Origin: Methanomicrobiales archaeon
GTDB taxonomy: Archaea; Halobacteriota; Methanomicrobia; Methanomicrobiales; JACTUA01
Reading direction: 5' to 3'
Length of the DNA: 64,000 nt
NCBI GenBank assembly: GCA_030019205.1
Contig: JASEFH010000006.1
Coordinates: 22,536 to 86,535, forward strand
In this document: positions 10,401-19,274 of the stretch, one piece after another
Layout: each line of letters begins with the position of its first letter
How positions within the stretch are numbered: position 1 is the first letter of the stretch
The notes under the pieces: model-generated
Database searches by the model: none
Told to the model about the DNA's origin: nothing
The model's input: the letters and a program-made list of their open reading frames with translations, nothing else
Position numbers and translations under genes: made by a program

Positions 10401-10544
10401 TGGCACCCGGCAGACTTAAAGGTATCAATTGCATTCTGATCGCAGAACGGACCCGCCGACAGCGGTCTCCCATCCTGGAAGGCACTGCGGCGGCGGTTGC
10501 CGATTCGCCCGAGCGTGCGGGGAAAAGGGGAGGGGAAGGGGAAT

Positions 10545-11024
10545 TCAGGCGCTCTCTTCGGCCTTCTCGACCACGCGGACGTGGTCGCCGCGGACCGTGA
10601 TGGGGATCGGCACGACGCTCTCGTACAATTCCACGGTAATCTCTTCTTTCCCGGTATCGACACGTTTGACGACGGCTTTCTCCCCCTTGAAGGGGCCGGC
10701 GATCAGCTCCACGATCGTTCCCTCCTGGATGCCGCTCACCACCGGTTTCGGCACCAGGAAATGCGCCACCTCCTCGAGCCGCGTCTCCCCGCGCACCACG
10801 GAGCGCGCATGCGGGACCCGCTCGGCCAGCTGCTCGATGCGGGCGTACTTCTCCGGGGACTCCACGAGCACGTAGCCGCGGAGCTCGTCGGGGACGATGA
10901 TGGCGGTCACCTTGATGTCGCTGCCGGACTCCACCACCTTCTTGATGCTGTCCGCGACTGCCCGCTCCTGCTTCGCCGTCGTCTTTATGGCAAATATCCT
11001 GTTCTCACCATCGGTCATAGGCAT
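10545..11024 (-). CDS. spt5: Transcription elongation factor Spt5 (NusG)
   Basis: NGN domain (RIFAIKTTAKQERAVADSI...GYVLVES) plus a KOW motif (GTIVELIAGPFKGEKAVVKRVD). TGATG overlap with the secE stop. Confidence 0.93.
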   Translation of the reverse strand: MPMTDGENRIFAIKTTAKQERAVADSIKKVVESGSDIKVTAIIVPDELRGYVLVESPEKYARIEQLAERVPHARSVVRGETRLEEVAHFLVPKPVVSGIQEGTIVELIAGPFKGEKAVVKRVDTGKEEITVELYESVVPIPITVRGDHVRVVEKAEESA

Positions 11025-11230
11025 CAGTGTGGCAATACCAGCACGAACTCGTAGATCAGGAATCCAACGAGCCCGACGATCAGGATGCCGGCCGCTGCCA
11101 CGATTGCGATCTTCTGGAACTCCTCCCGCGTGGGAGTCCTGGCGAGTTTGAGGATCCGCCAGTACTTGCTGAACAGTTCCTCTTCGATCTTGAAGCCCTT
11201 CGCCTCTACCTGGAACTTCTTGAAATCCAT
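11024..11230 (-). CDS. secE: Protein translocase subunit SecE/Sec61-gamma
   Basis: 68 aa with one C-terminal TM helix (IAIVAAAGILIVGLVGFLIYEFVLVL). It sits in the conserved position upstream of spt5. Confidence 0.9.
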   Translation of the reverse strand: MDFKKFQVEAKGFKIEEELFSKYWRILKLARTPTREEFQKIAIVAAAGILIVGLVGFLIYEFVLVLPH

Positions 11231-11234
11231 ATCC

Positions 11235-12344
11235 TCACTTCATGAAATCTATCTCGAACTGCCGCACCATTCTCGGAGCGGCCTTCTCGGCGCGGCCGTA
11301 GATCTGGGGGGAGTGCACACCGGTCACCACCAGCATCGTGCGCATCTTGTGCTGCATGTCGGGATCGACCTGGGCTCCCCAGATGATCCGGGCGTTGGGA
11401 TCGATGCGGTTGTATACCTCCTGCACCACGCCCTCCGCCTCGGCGATGGTCATATCGGGGCCGCCGACCACGTTGACCAGGGCAGCGGTGGCACCGGAGA
11501 TGTCCACGTCCAGGAGCGGAGAACGGAGGGCCTTCTTGACAGAGTCCGCCGCTTTATCCTCGCTGTCGCTCTCTCCCATGCCGATCATCGCCACGCCTCC
11601 GCGCTCCATGACGGTCCGCACATCGGCGAAGTCCAGGTTCACCAGACCCGGCATGGTGATCAGTTCGGTGATCCCTTTCACGGCCCGGGTAAGTACTTCA
11701 TCTGAGACCTTAAAAGCTGCGTAGAGCGGCAGGCGGGGTACGACCTCCAGCAGGCGGTCGTTGGGGACGACGATCACCGTATCCGCCATGTCCCGCAGGC
11801 GTTCGAGTCCCGCCTCGGCGTTTTCGCGGCGGATCGTCCCTTCCGCGGTGAACGGCAGGGTGACGACGGCAATGGTGAGAGCCCCCTCCCCCCGCGCCGC
11901 CTTCGCCACCACCGGCGCGCACCCCGTTCCCGTGCCTCCCCCGAGACCGGTGGTGATGAAGACCATATCGCAGCCCGAGACCGTCCGCTTGATATCCTCC
12001 TCGTTCTCGAGAGCCGCTTCCTCCCCCACCTGGGGGATGGACCCTGCCCCCAGCCCCCGCGTCCGCTGCCGCCCGATCAGGAGCTTGTACTCGGAGCGGG
12101 TGCGGAGCAGGTGCTGGGCGTCCGTGTTGATGGCGATGAGCCGGGCGCCATGGATGCCCTCCTCCATCATGCGGGTGATTGTATTGCAGCCGCTGCCACC
12201 GCAGCCGACGACGGCGATCTCGGTTCGGAGCGATTGGAGGATCTCTTCCAGTTCCCTGTCCGCCTGCGTCTTCTCGGTGCTGACCGCCTCTTCCTCTGCC
12301 TGACCGTTCGCTCGAGCAATTGCCTCTTCCAATATCGATTTCAT
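11235..12344 (-). CDS. ftsZ: Cell division GTPase FtsZ
   Basis: [24 protein letters not shown] and the tubulin signature [18 protein letters not shown] trimmed to ATG 12344 (MKSILEEA), which forms an ATGA overlap with the dtdA stop. Confidence 0.95.
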   Translation of the reverse strand: MKSILEEAIARANGQAEEEAVSTEKTQADRELEEILQSLRTEIAVVGCGGSGCNTITRMMEEGIHGARLIAINTDAQHLLRTRSEYKLLIGRQRTRGLGAGSIPQVGEEAALENEEDIKRTVSGCDMVFITTGLGGGTGTGCAPVVAKAARGEGALTIAVVTLPFTAEGTIRRENAEAGLERLRDMADTVIVVPNDRLLEVVPRLPLYAAFKVSDEVLTRAVKGITELITMPGLVNLDFADVRTVMERGGVAMIGMGESDSEDKAADSVKKALRSPLLDVDISGATAALVNVVGGPDMTIAEAEGVVQEVYNRIDPNARIIWGAQVDPDMQHKMRTMLVVTGVHSPQIYGRAEKAAPRMVRQFEIDFMK

Positions 12345-13654
12345 AGATACCTCGCCAACCCCGGGATGTGAATCTCTGTCACACTGCACGTCTGCACCAT
12401 GGCGGGCGTGATCGTCCGCCCGTCGACCTCCACAGTCTTCCCTTCGGACAGCATGCCGAAGAGCGGGCCCTTCGGAACCCCGAAATCGCGCGCCTTCCGG
12501 GGGTCGAAACGGAGTCTCCGGATAATCAGACGATCACCCTCGACTGCAGTGTCTGCACAACCACTAATGAGTTTTACACATAAAGATATTAAATCATTGA
12601 TTAATTCCGATTGATAATCCTGATACGTGATGAATTTGGGGAGTATCTGCCCCGATGATGCGGTTAAATGGACTACCGGAAGTCCGTCCAGTTCCGCAAG
12701 AAAGCCGCTCCCGTCCGCCCGCACCGCCTCGGCGACGAGTGCAGGAGGGAGGGATACAACCGCGGGATCGCCGTGTTCGGGCAGGTTGTGCGGGTGGCTG
12801 CGGGAGCCGGGTGCGATCTCCTCGCCGCACGCCCGGATCCCCAGGTAGGTCTCCCAGGCCAGGTTCCCCAGTTCCCGCAGCTCCCCCTCGCTCGCCTCCG
12901 GGACGGCGAGATCCCGCAGGAGGTCCCGGATCCGCGTCTGCTCGGGTGCGGAGAGGGCTTTTCTGTCCAGGTATGCCGCGACGGCGCCGCTCTTCTCCAC
13001 CATCTGGCGCACGAGCGGCAGATCGAGGCGTCCCGCCTCCCGGCTGTGGGCGATGTGCCCGAACGCACCCCGGGTCGTCAGGGCGATCCCGCTCTCCCGG
13101 GCCGCGTAGTGGTTGCCCCCGAACCCGACGAGGGCTACCGTCCGCAGGGGGGACGCGGAGAGCACGCTACGCGCCACGGCACTCCCGGCTGCCGGGTCCA
13201 CCCATTCGGTTTCGGTGCTGCCGATCTCCACGAAGAACGAGGGGGTCACCAGGTCCGTGGGCCCGTGGTGGGTCGCCTCGTAGGAGACCCGGTAGCCCCC
13301 GGGGGCCATCCGGACGAGGTTTCTCAGTACGGCGTGCATCCAGGCGGGGGCTGCCGGGGCCAGCTCGCCCGCCCGACCGCCCAGGGCAGCCGCATGGAAG
13401 TTGCCGGTGGCGTGCACGGTGAGGACGGGGCGGGGATGCTCGCTGCGGTGCCGCGAGAGGAAGACGATCAGATCAGCCCCGAGCCCGCGGTCGATCCCGT
13501 CCTGCTCGATCAGGCGCCCGTCCACCTCCACGGGGATCCAGCGGGGGGATGATCCGCGATCCTCCCCGGCTCCTGCATCCAGCACCTCCAGGACATGCTC
13601 TCGGATGTTCGCCCCGGCCGGATCCTGCCGGGACGAGATCAGTGCTACATCCAT
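12341..13654 (-). CDS. dtdA: D-aminoacyl-tRNA deacylase, archaeal DTD2 type, with a C-terminal extension of about 165 aa
   Basis: ORF 12341..14149 trimmed to ATG 13654 ([22 protein letters not shown]...). It has the DTD2 hallmarks [19 protein letters not shown] and FGHIAHS. The 165 codons upstream in the track ORF are Arg/Pro/Gly junk. Confidence 0.85.
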   Translation of the reverse strand: MDVALISSRQDPAGANIREHVLEVLDAGAGEDRGSSPRWIPVEVDGRLIEQDGIDRGLGADLIVFLSRHRSEHPRPVLTVHATGNFHAAALGGRAGELAPAAPAWMHAVLRNLVRMAPGGYRVSYEATHHGPTDLVTPSFFVEIGSTETEWVDPAAGSAVARSVLSASPLRTVALVGFGGNHYAARESGIALTTRGAFGHIAHSREAGRLDLPLVRQMVEKSGAVAAYLDRKALSAPEQTRIRDLLRDLAVPEASEGELRELGNLAWETYLGIRACGEEIAPGSRSHPHNLPEHGDPAVVSLPPALVAEAVRADGSGFLAELDGLPVVHLTASSGQILPKFITYQDYQSELINDLISLCVKLISGCADTAVEGDRLIIRRLRFDPRKARDFGVPKGPLFGMLSEGKTVEVDGRTITPAMVQTCSVTEIHIPGLARYL

Positions 13655-13738
13655 GCGTCGCCTCGGCGTGAAGTATAGGTACTTAATGCGTGCCTGATAG
13701 TAAACACTATTTCTATTGAGGGTGCACCCTACTTTACC

Positions 13739-13915
13739 ATGGACGAAGACAAGATACGCCGCGCCCTGCAGGAGTCGGGAATCGAGAACCAGATTACCTG
13801 CGCTCAGGCCTGGAAGATCGCCGAGGAGTACGGTATACCGAAGGCCGATATCGGGGAGTTCTGCAACCGGTACCGGGTGAAGATCCGCGGCTGCCAGCTG
13901 GGCTGCTTCAAATGA
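13739..13915 (+). CDS. Small 58-aa four-Cys protein, translationally coupled to moeA (not in ORF track)
   Basis: My translation is MDEDKIRRALQESGIENQITCAQAWKIAEEYGIPKADIGEFCNRYRVKIRGCQLGCFK. It uses G/C-ending codons like its neighbours, and its TGA overlaps the moeA ATG (aATGa at 13912-13915). It is below the 60-aa track cutoff. Confidence 0.6.
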   Translation: MDEDKIRRALQESGIENQITCAQAWKIAEEYGIPKADIGEFCNRYRVKIRGCQLGCFK

Positions 13916-15114
13916 GCGTATTCCTGCGGGTCGTCGCGGTGGAGAAGGCAATCGAGGTCGTCCGCTCCCTCGCGCCCCCGCCGAAGCGGGAAGTGGCCCT
14001 CCTGCCGGATGCCGCCGGGCGGATCCTGGCAGAGGACGCACGCTCCGATATCGACATCCCGGGCTTCCACCGCTCGATCGTGGACGGTTACGCGGTCGCC
14101 GCCCGGGATACGCACGGGGCGAGCGAGGCGATCCCCGCGGTGCTGACACTCGCGGGGGAGGTGGTCATGGGGCGCGCCCCGGAGCAGCCGATCCGCCGCG
14201 GGGAGTGCGCCTACATCCCCACCGGGGGGATGCTGCCGCCCGGGGCGGATGCCGTCGCGATGATCGAGCACGCCGAGCGGATCGGGGGCGACGTGCTGGT
14301 CAAGCGGGCGGTGGCGGCCGGCGAGAACGTGCTCGGGCGGGGGGAGGACTTCGCCGCGGGCGCGACCGCCATCCCCCGCGGGACCCGGCTCGGTCCGCAG
14401 GAGCTGGGCGTGCTTGCCGCCATCGGGTATGCGCACGTCCCGGTGACCGCCGCTCCAGAGATCGGGATCCTCTCCACCGGGAACGAACTCGTGTCCGTCT
14501 CCGCGAAGCCCGGGATCGGGCAGGTTCGCGACGCGAACTCCTCCGTCTGCAGCGGGTTCGTGCGGGAGTACGGCTGCATCCCCCGCTGCTACGGCATCGT
14601 CCCCGACAGCCGGGAGAGTCTGCGCCGGGCGCTGATCCGGGCCGTCGGCGAGTGCGACGCGGTTCTCGTCTCCGGCGGGAGCTCCAAGGACGAACGGGAC
14701 ATGGTCGCCTCGGTGATCGGGGAGATCGGGGAGGTGCTGGTCCACGGGGTTGCGCTCCAGCCCGGAAAACCCACGATCATCGGGCATGCGGAGGGGAAGC
14801 CCGTCATCGGCCTCCCCGGCCATCCCGCCTCCGCCTTCGTCGTGCTCGTCGCCATCGCCTCGCACCTGCTCTCCGCGATGACGGGGTATGCGCGGCGGCC
14901 GTGCACCGTCACCGCCCGCCTGCGGGAGAATATCCCCTCCTCCCGGGGAAGGGAGGAGTACGTCCGCGTGCGGGTGGAGAACGGGGAGGCGACTCCCCTG
15001 TTCGGGAAGTCCGGTCTCCTGAACACGCTGGTGCGGAGCGACGGCGCCGTCCGCGTTCCGGCGGGGAGCGAGGGGTTCGAGGCGGGAGTGGAGGTGGAGG
15101 TGCTGCTGTGGTGA
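13912..15114 (+). CDS. moeA: Molybdopterin molybdenumtransferase MoeA
   Basis: 400 aa containing IDIPGFHRSIVDGYAV, a central MoCF-binding region (VLVSGGSSKDERD) and the typical GLPGHPASAF. Confidence 0.9.
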   Translation: MSVFLRVVAVEKAIEVVRSLAPPPKREVALLPDAAGRILAEDARSDIDIPGFHRSIVDGYAVAARDTHGASEAIPAVLTLAGEVVMGRAPEQPIRRGECAYIPTGGMLPPGADAVAMIEHAERIGGDVLVKRAVAAGENVLGRGEDFAAGATAIPRGTRLGPQELGVLAAIGYAHVPVTAAPEIGILSTGNELVSVSAKPGIGQVRDANSSVCSGFVREYGCIPRCYGIVPDSRESLRRALIRAVGECDAVLVSGGSSKDERDMVASVIGEIGEVLVHGVALQPGKPTIIGHAEGKPVIGLPGHPASAFVVLVAIASHLLSAMTGYARRPCTVTARLRENIPSSRGREEYVRVRVENGEATPLFGKSGLLNTLVRSDGAVRVPAGSEGFEAGVEVEVLLW

Positions 15115-16967
15115 AGAGATACCTGAAACTGGTCACGCTCGAAGAGGCGCTGGAGAGGATGCGCTCTGCCTTTGCGGCGCAGCCCCGGATCGAGCGCGTC
15201 CCGGTGGAGGAGTCCAGCGGGCGGATCACGGCCTCGCCCATATTTGCCCGGTTCTCGGTCCCTGCGGCTCACCTCGCCGCCATGGACGGGATCGCGGTGC
15301 GGAGCGGGGATACGGCGGGGGCCGGTGAACAGCACCCCGTCACCCTCCCGAATGCCGTGCGGGTCAACACCGGCAACGTCGTCCCGGCGGACTGCGATGC
15401 CGTGGTGATGATCGAGGACGTCTGGGAGGACGGCGGGCAGTACCGGATCCGCAAACCGGTCAGCCCATGGCAGCATGTCCGCCCGATCGGCGAGGATATC
15501 GGGGAGTCCGAGATGATCCTCCCCTCCGCCCACCGCATCCGCCCCTTCGAGCTCGGGGCCCTCTCCGCCTTCGGGGTCACGGAGGTCGATGTGATCGCGC
15601 TCCGCGCCGCCCTGATCCCGACGGGGAGCGAGCTCGTTCCCCGGGGCTCCGCTCCGGCGCCGGGGCAGGTGGTGGAGAGCAATACCCTGATGGCCGCCGC
15701 GTGGCTCTCGGACCTGGGCGTCACGCCCTGCTGCTATCCCATCACACCGGACGAGCCCGATCTCATCCGCACACGGATCGAGGCCGCCGTCGAGGAGAAC
15801 GATCTGGTGATCGTATCGGCCGGGTCCTCGGCGGGGACGCGGGACTTCACCGCCGGAATCGTCGCGGAACTGGGGGAGGTGCTGGTCCACGGCGTGGCCA
15901 TCAAGCCCGGAAAACCGCTGATCATCGGGAGGGTGCAGGGAAAGCCGCTGATCGGCCTCCCCGGCTATCCCCTCTCCGCGCTGACGGTGCTGCGGGAGAT
16001 CGTGACCCCTCTTGTCGCGATGTACGGGTTCCCGCCGCCGCAGCGGGAGACGCTGCGGGCACGCCTCTCCGCGACCCTGACCTCCGAGATCGGCACGCTG
16101 GACTTCGTCTTCCTCACGGTGGGGCGGATCGGGGATGCATGGGTGGCCGTACCCCGCTCCCGCGGGGCCGGCGTGCAGATGAGCGCCGTGCGCTCCAACG
16201 CCTGCCTCCGCATTCCGGAGGATCGCGAGGGCTTCGAGGCGGGGGCAGAGGTCGAGGCGGAGCTGATGGTCCCCCGGGAGAGGGCGGGGCGGGCGCTCCT
16301 GGTCGTCGGGAGCCACGATCCCGCCCTGGACCACCTGGCCGACTGCCTCCAGCGCCGGGCAGGCGTGGAGATGCACTCCGTCCACGCCGGCAGCATGGGC
16401 GGGCTTCTCGCCCTGAAGCGGCAGGAGTGCCATGCGGCGCCGATGCACCTCCTGGGCCCGGAGGGGGATTACAACGTCCCCTACCTGCGGAAGTACATGC
16501 CGGACGCCCGCCTGGCGCTGGTCACGGTCGCGTTGCGGGAGCAGGGGATCCTGTCCCGTTCCGGGATCGGGTTCGAGGAGCTGCCGATGCACACCTTCGT
16601 CAACCGTCAGCGGGGCTCGGGGACGCGCATCCTGTTCGACCGCCTCCTGGCGGAGCGGGGGATGGACCCCGGGCAGATCGCCGGCTACGACCGCGAGGTC
16701 ACCACCCACCTCGCGGTCGCGCTCGCCGTGAAGAGCGGCGAGGCGGATGCCGGGATGGGAGTGTACAGCGCTGCAAGGGCGCTCGGCCTGGAGTTCGTGG
16801 CGGTGGCCCGGGAGCGCTACGAGCTCGCGCTGCACCGGGACACCCTCGAGGACGGGCGCGTGCAGGCGATGCTCGCAGCGCTCCGCTCGGAGCCGTTCCG
16901 GGAGGTGCTCCGCCGCCTGGGCGGCTACGATACTACCGGGATCGGCGCGCTGCGCGAACTGCCGTGA
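15108..16967 (+). CDS. MoeA paralog fused to a C-terminal periplasmic-binding-protein-like domain
   Basis: GTG start at 15108 or 15111, overlapping the moeA stop (GTGGTGA). The MoeA core has AAMDGIAVRS, VIVSAGSSAGTRD and GLPGYPLSAL. It is followed by about 200 aa of PBP-like sequence (LLVVGSHDPALDHL...FVNRQRGSGTRILFD...). Confidence 0.85.
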   Translation: MVKRYLKLVTLEEALERMRSAFAAQPRIERVPVEESSGRITASPIFARFSVPAAHLAAMDGIAVRSGDTAGAGEQHPVTLPNAVRVNTGNVVPADCDAVVMIEDVWEDGGQYRIRKPVSPWQHVRPIGEDIGESEMILPSAHRIRPFELGALSAFGVTEVDVIALRAALIPTGSELVPRGSAPAPGQVVESNTLMAAAWLSDLGVTPCCYPITPDEPDLIRTRIEAAVEENDLVIVSAGSSAGTRDFTAGIVAELGEVLVHGVAIKPGKPLIIGRVQGKPLIGLPGYPLSALTVLREIVTPLVAMYGFPPPQRETLRARLSATLTSEIGTLDFVFLTVGRIGDAWVAVPRSRGAGVQMSAVRSNACLRIPEDREGFEAGAEVEAELMVPRERAGRALLVVGSHDPALDHLADCLQRRAGVEMHSVHAGSMGGLLALKRQECHAAPMHLLGPEGDYNVPYLRKYMPDARLALVTVALREQGILSRSGIGFEELPMHTFVNRQRGSGTRILFDRLLAERGMDPGQIAGYDREVTTHLAVALAVKSGEADAGMGVYSAARALGLEFVAVARERYELALHRDTLEDGRVQAMLAALRSEPFREVLRRLGGYDTTGIGALRELP

Positions 16968-17379
16968 GTGCGGCCTCTTCGGGGGTGCCGCAGCGGATGA
17001 CTCCCTCGATCGCCCAGGTGCGGTAGCCGGAGAGCGGCCGCCCGCACTTCAGGGCGATCGCGATCTCGCTCAGCGTGCCGTACCCTCCCCCGATGGCGAC
17101 CACGGCGTCGGCGGACTGGACGAGAACGGCGTTGCGGGCGTGCCCGAGGCCCGTGCGGATGGCGATGTCCAGGTAGGGGTTCCCCGCACCGGTGTGCGGC
17201 AGGATCCCCACGGTGGTGCCGTCCCGCTCCTTCGCCCCCCGGCATGCGGCCTCCATCACCCCGCCGAGCCCCCCGCAGCAGAGCGTCCCGCGGTGGTCGG
17301 CGATCAGGCCACCGACGATTCGTGCCGCCGCATACTCCTCCTCCGAGCAGGGCTCCGGGCCAATCACAGCGATCTGCAT
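16933..17379 (-). CDS. TIGR00725/LOG-like (SLOG Rossmann) protein
   Basis: MQIAVIGPEPCSEEEYAAARIVGGLIADHRGTLCCGGLGGVMEAACRGA...VAIGGGYGTLSEIAIAL. Its 3' end overlaps the moeA paralog convergently by 35 bp. Confidence 0.75.
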   Translation of the reverse strand: MQIAVIGPEPCSEEEYAAARIVGGLIADHRGTLCCGGLGGVMEAACRGAKERDGTTVGILPHTGAGNPYLDIAIRTGLGHARNAVLVQSADAVVAIGGGYGTLSEIAIALKCGRPLSGYRTWAIEGVIRCGTPEEAALTAVRAARRSR

Positions 17380-17454
17380 ACCGCAGGGTGGATGGCAGGA
17401 TAGAAAGAGATGGTGGTCGGCGCCCCGTTCCCCGGGGCCCGGTGCACGGCATTG

Positions 17455-17615
17455 GGTTTAATATTTCAATTTAATATATTAATATTTCTTTTTATACCTG
17501 AATTTTTAATTTAGTTTTTATTGCATATTACTGATGAATTAAGTCATTATGATAACTTATTTACGAATAATAATTATTAGGCTGTAAGGTATCTATAAAT
17601 ACTGGAATTTTCAAA
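17455..17615. other. AT-rich island 1 (upstream of the secreted-protein gene at 17708)
   Basis: About 160 bp of aatttaatatattaatatttctttttatacctgaatttttaatttagttttta... in a GC-rich context. It contains a TATA-like ATCTATAAATAC at 17591-17602. Confidence 0.85.
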
Positions 17616-17707
17616 ATCCGACATGTGAGGAGCCCCATCCTCGTAGTGCCTTCTGGGGGAGAATGGGAGGGTGGGGACCTCACAGATGTTCCTAGGGGGA
17701 TGTACCA

Positions 17708-18370
17708 ATGAAGAAGAGACTCTATATGACCGTGGTTCTCTGCATGGTGTTTGCCCTGGCAGCACCGGCCCTTGCATTCGACGTGGGCGAGTTCCGCACC
17801 CAGACGCAGGGAGGGTGGGGAACGTCGGCGCAGGAGGGGAACCCCGGCGCGTATCGGGATGCCAATTTCGCATCAGCCTTTCCCGACGGTCTTGTCGTGG
17901 GCAGCGGGAACACGCTGACCTTGACATCGGCGGCCGCAGTCGAGGGCTTCATGAAGCAGGGCGGCGCTCCGAGGGCATTGAGCGGGAGCTTCGTTGACCC
18001 GGTGAAGCTGAAGAACACCTTCGCCACGCAGGTCGTCGCCCTGGCGCTCAACCTGGGATTCGACGCGTACGATCCCGACTTCGGTTCGAGCGCGACGGCC
18101 CTTGCGGACCTGGTGGTGAACGCGGGCGAATACGGGCACTGGGAGTACGACGAGGTCCTGATGGAGGACGTGTTCGTCGTCGATCTGGTCATCGACGAGA
18201 AGTTCGACGGCATGTCCGTCCAGGAGGTCATGGATCTCGCCAGCGCGGTTCTTGGCGGAGAGAACACCGACTACACACCCTCCGAGATCGCAGATCTCGT
18301 GGCAGCGATCAACGAGAACTTCGCGGATGGGGAGATCGAAGCATTCGAGGGATTCCTGACCGCTCCCTAA
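17708..18370 (+). CDS. Secreted protein of unknown function (signal peptide, QGGWG motif)
   Basis: MKKRLYMTVVLCMVFALAAPALA is a signal peptide. The mature part starts FDVGEFRTQTQGGWGTSAQEGNPGAY. The protein is acidic and has no TM anchor. Confidence 0.75.
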   Translation: MKKRLYMTVVLCMVFALAAPALAFDVGEFRTQTQGGWGTSAQEGNPGAYRDANFASAFPDGLVVGSGNTLTLTSAAAVEGFMKQGGAPRALSGSFVDPVKLKNTFATQVVALALNLGFDAYDPDFGSSATALADLVVNAGEYGHWEYDEVLMEDVFVVDLVIDEKFDGMSVQEVMDLASAVLGGENTDYTPSEIADLVAAINENFADGEIEAFEGFLTAP

Positions 18371-18854
18371 TTAGCATACGTAGTGCAACGAGCAGCGGGA
18401 GCTTCCCGCGCCATACAGCAGAAGTAGCATACCCATCTACCCCTCCTTTCTTTCACGCCTGAAGCCTGCCCCCTCCGATACGACGGCTCCAGCGGGCGCG
18501 GTTCCTGCAGGGCAATTCTTTTTGTCCGTATTCGAGAAGTAGAACCCAGAACTCCGCCTGGAATACCCACATACCTTTCCATTACTCCCCCGCCGCCGTA
18601 CCAGACGAAGGGGGCATCATCGCATGGCAGGCCAGGATTCCATCCGCCTTCCCCAGGGATCCCTGTCGCACGGGTGAGAGGCGGGGAACTGAAGGAGTGT
18701 GCACACCCCCCTCAACCCGTCCTCAACCAACCCAACAGGATAAGCCTTTCACGAGGTCGGATGAACGATCCATTCCCGGGATCGTGGAATATGATTTTCC
18801 GTTTATCTCTCGGAGAATTGCTTTTCCCTTTCTACGTCTCCACGCTTTCCTGTA

Positions 18855-18955
18855 CAGGCCCTATCGCATGAAGCGGGAGGGGGCCCTTGAGGGGGAGGGG
18901 ACGCACCCCTCCCCCCATCCCCCACCCCGCTGTTGCGATAGCCTCCAAGGGCGGA
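18855..18955 (+). repeat. Intergenic repeat family, copy B
   Basis: ccctatcgca (18859-18868) and its inverted partner tgcgatagcc (18934-18943) flank gggagggggcccttgagggggaggggacgcacccctccccccatcccccaccccgctg. Degenerate extra motif copies occur at 18660-18670, 18970-18979, 19103-19111 and 19154-19163. Confidence 0.8.
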
Positions 18956-19274
18956 AATACGCAATCCAGCCCTATCGCAACTGTGGGAGCGCTCCTCCCC
19001 TGAAAATCCATACCTGATCATGAGAGCTCAAAGCATGGGAAGGTGCTCATACTATTGACTGCCCCTCCCCGTCGTCTCCGTAGAGCTTGCATGAAATCGG
19101 GGTGCGATCCCGCTCCTTCCCCTATCCCCACGCCCGCTGCTCCCGGGAACGGGCCCATCGCAACAGAAGGGGAGGGGTTATCGCCGCCTCCCCGTGGCGT
19201 GCTACGCACCTGCAGGAGCCGGGATTTCACCAGGGCTCCACGTCCAGTCGGTACCAGGCCATCCGGCAGATGCA

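Noticed and set aside
12341-14149. N-terminal extensions of track ORFs: 12341..14149, 24065..25405, 49053..50327, 58059..60776, 57194..58237
   Set aside because: In each case the upstream portion is Arg/Pro/Gly junk, often antisense to another real gene. A start codon with a conserved N-terminus or a stop/start overlap defines a shorter gene.
14589-16835. 748-aa minus-strand ORF and the upstream part of the 920-aa ORF at 14205..16967 over the moeA genes
   Set aside because: These are shadow frames. Only the part of 14205..16967 from GTG 15108 onward matches MoeA.
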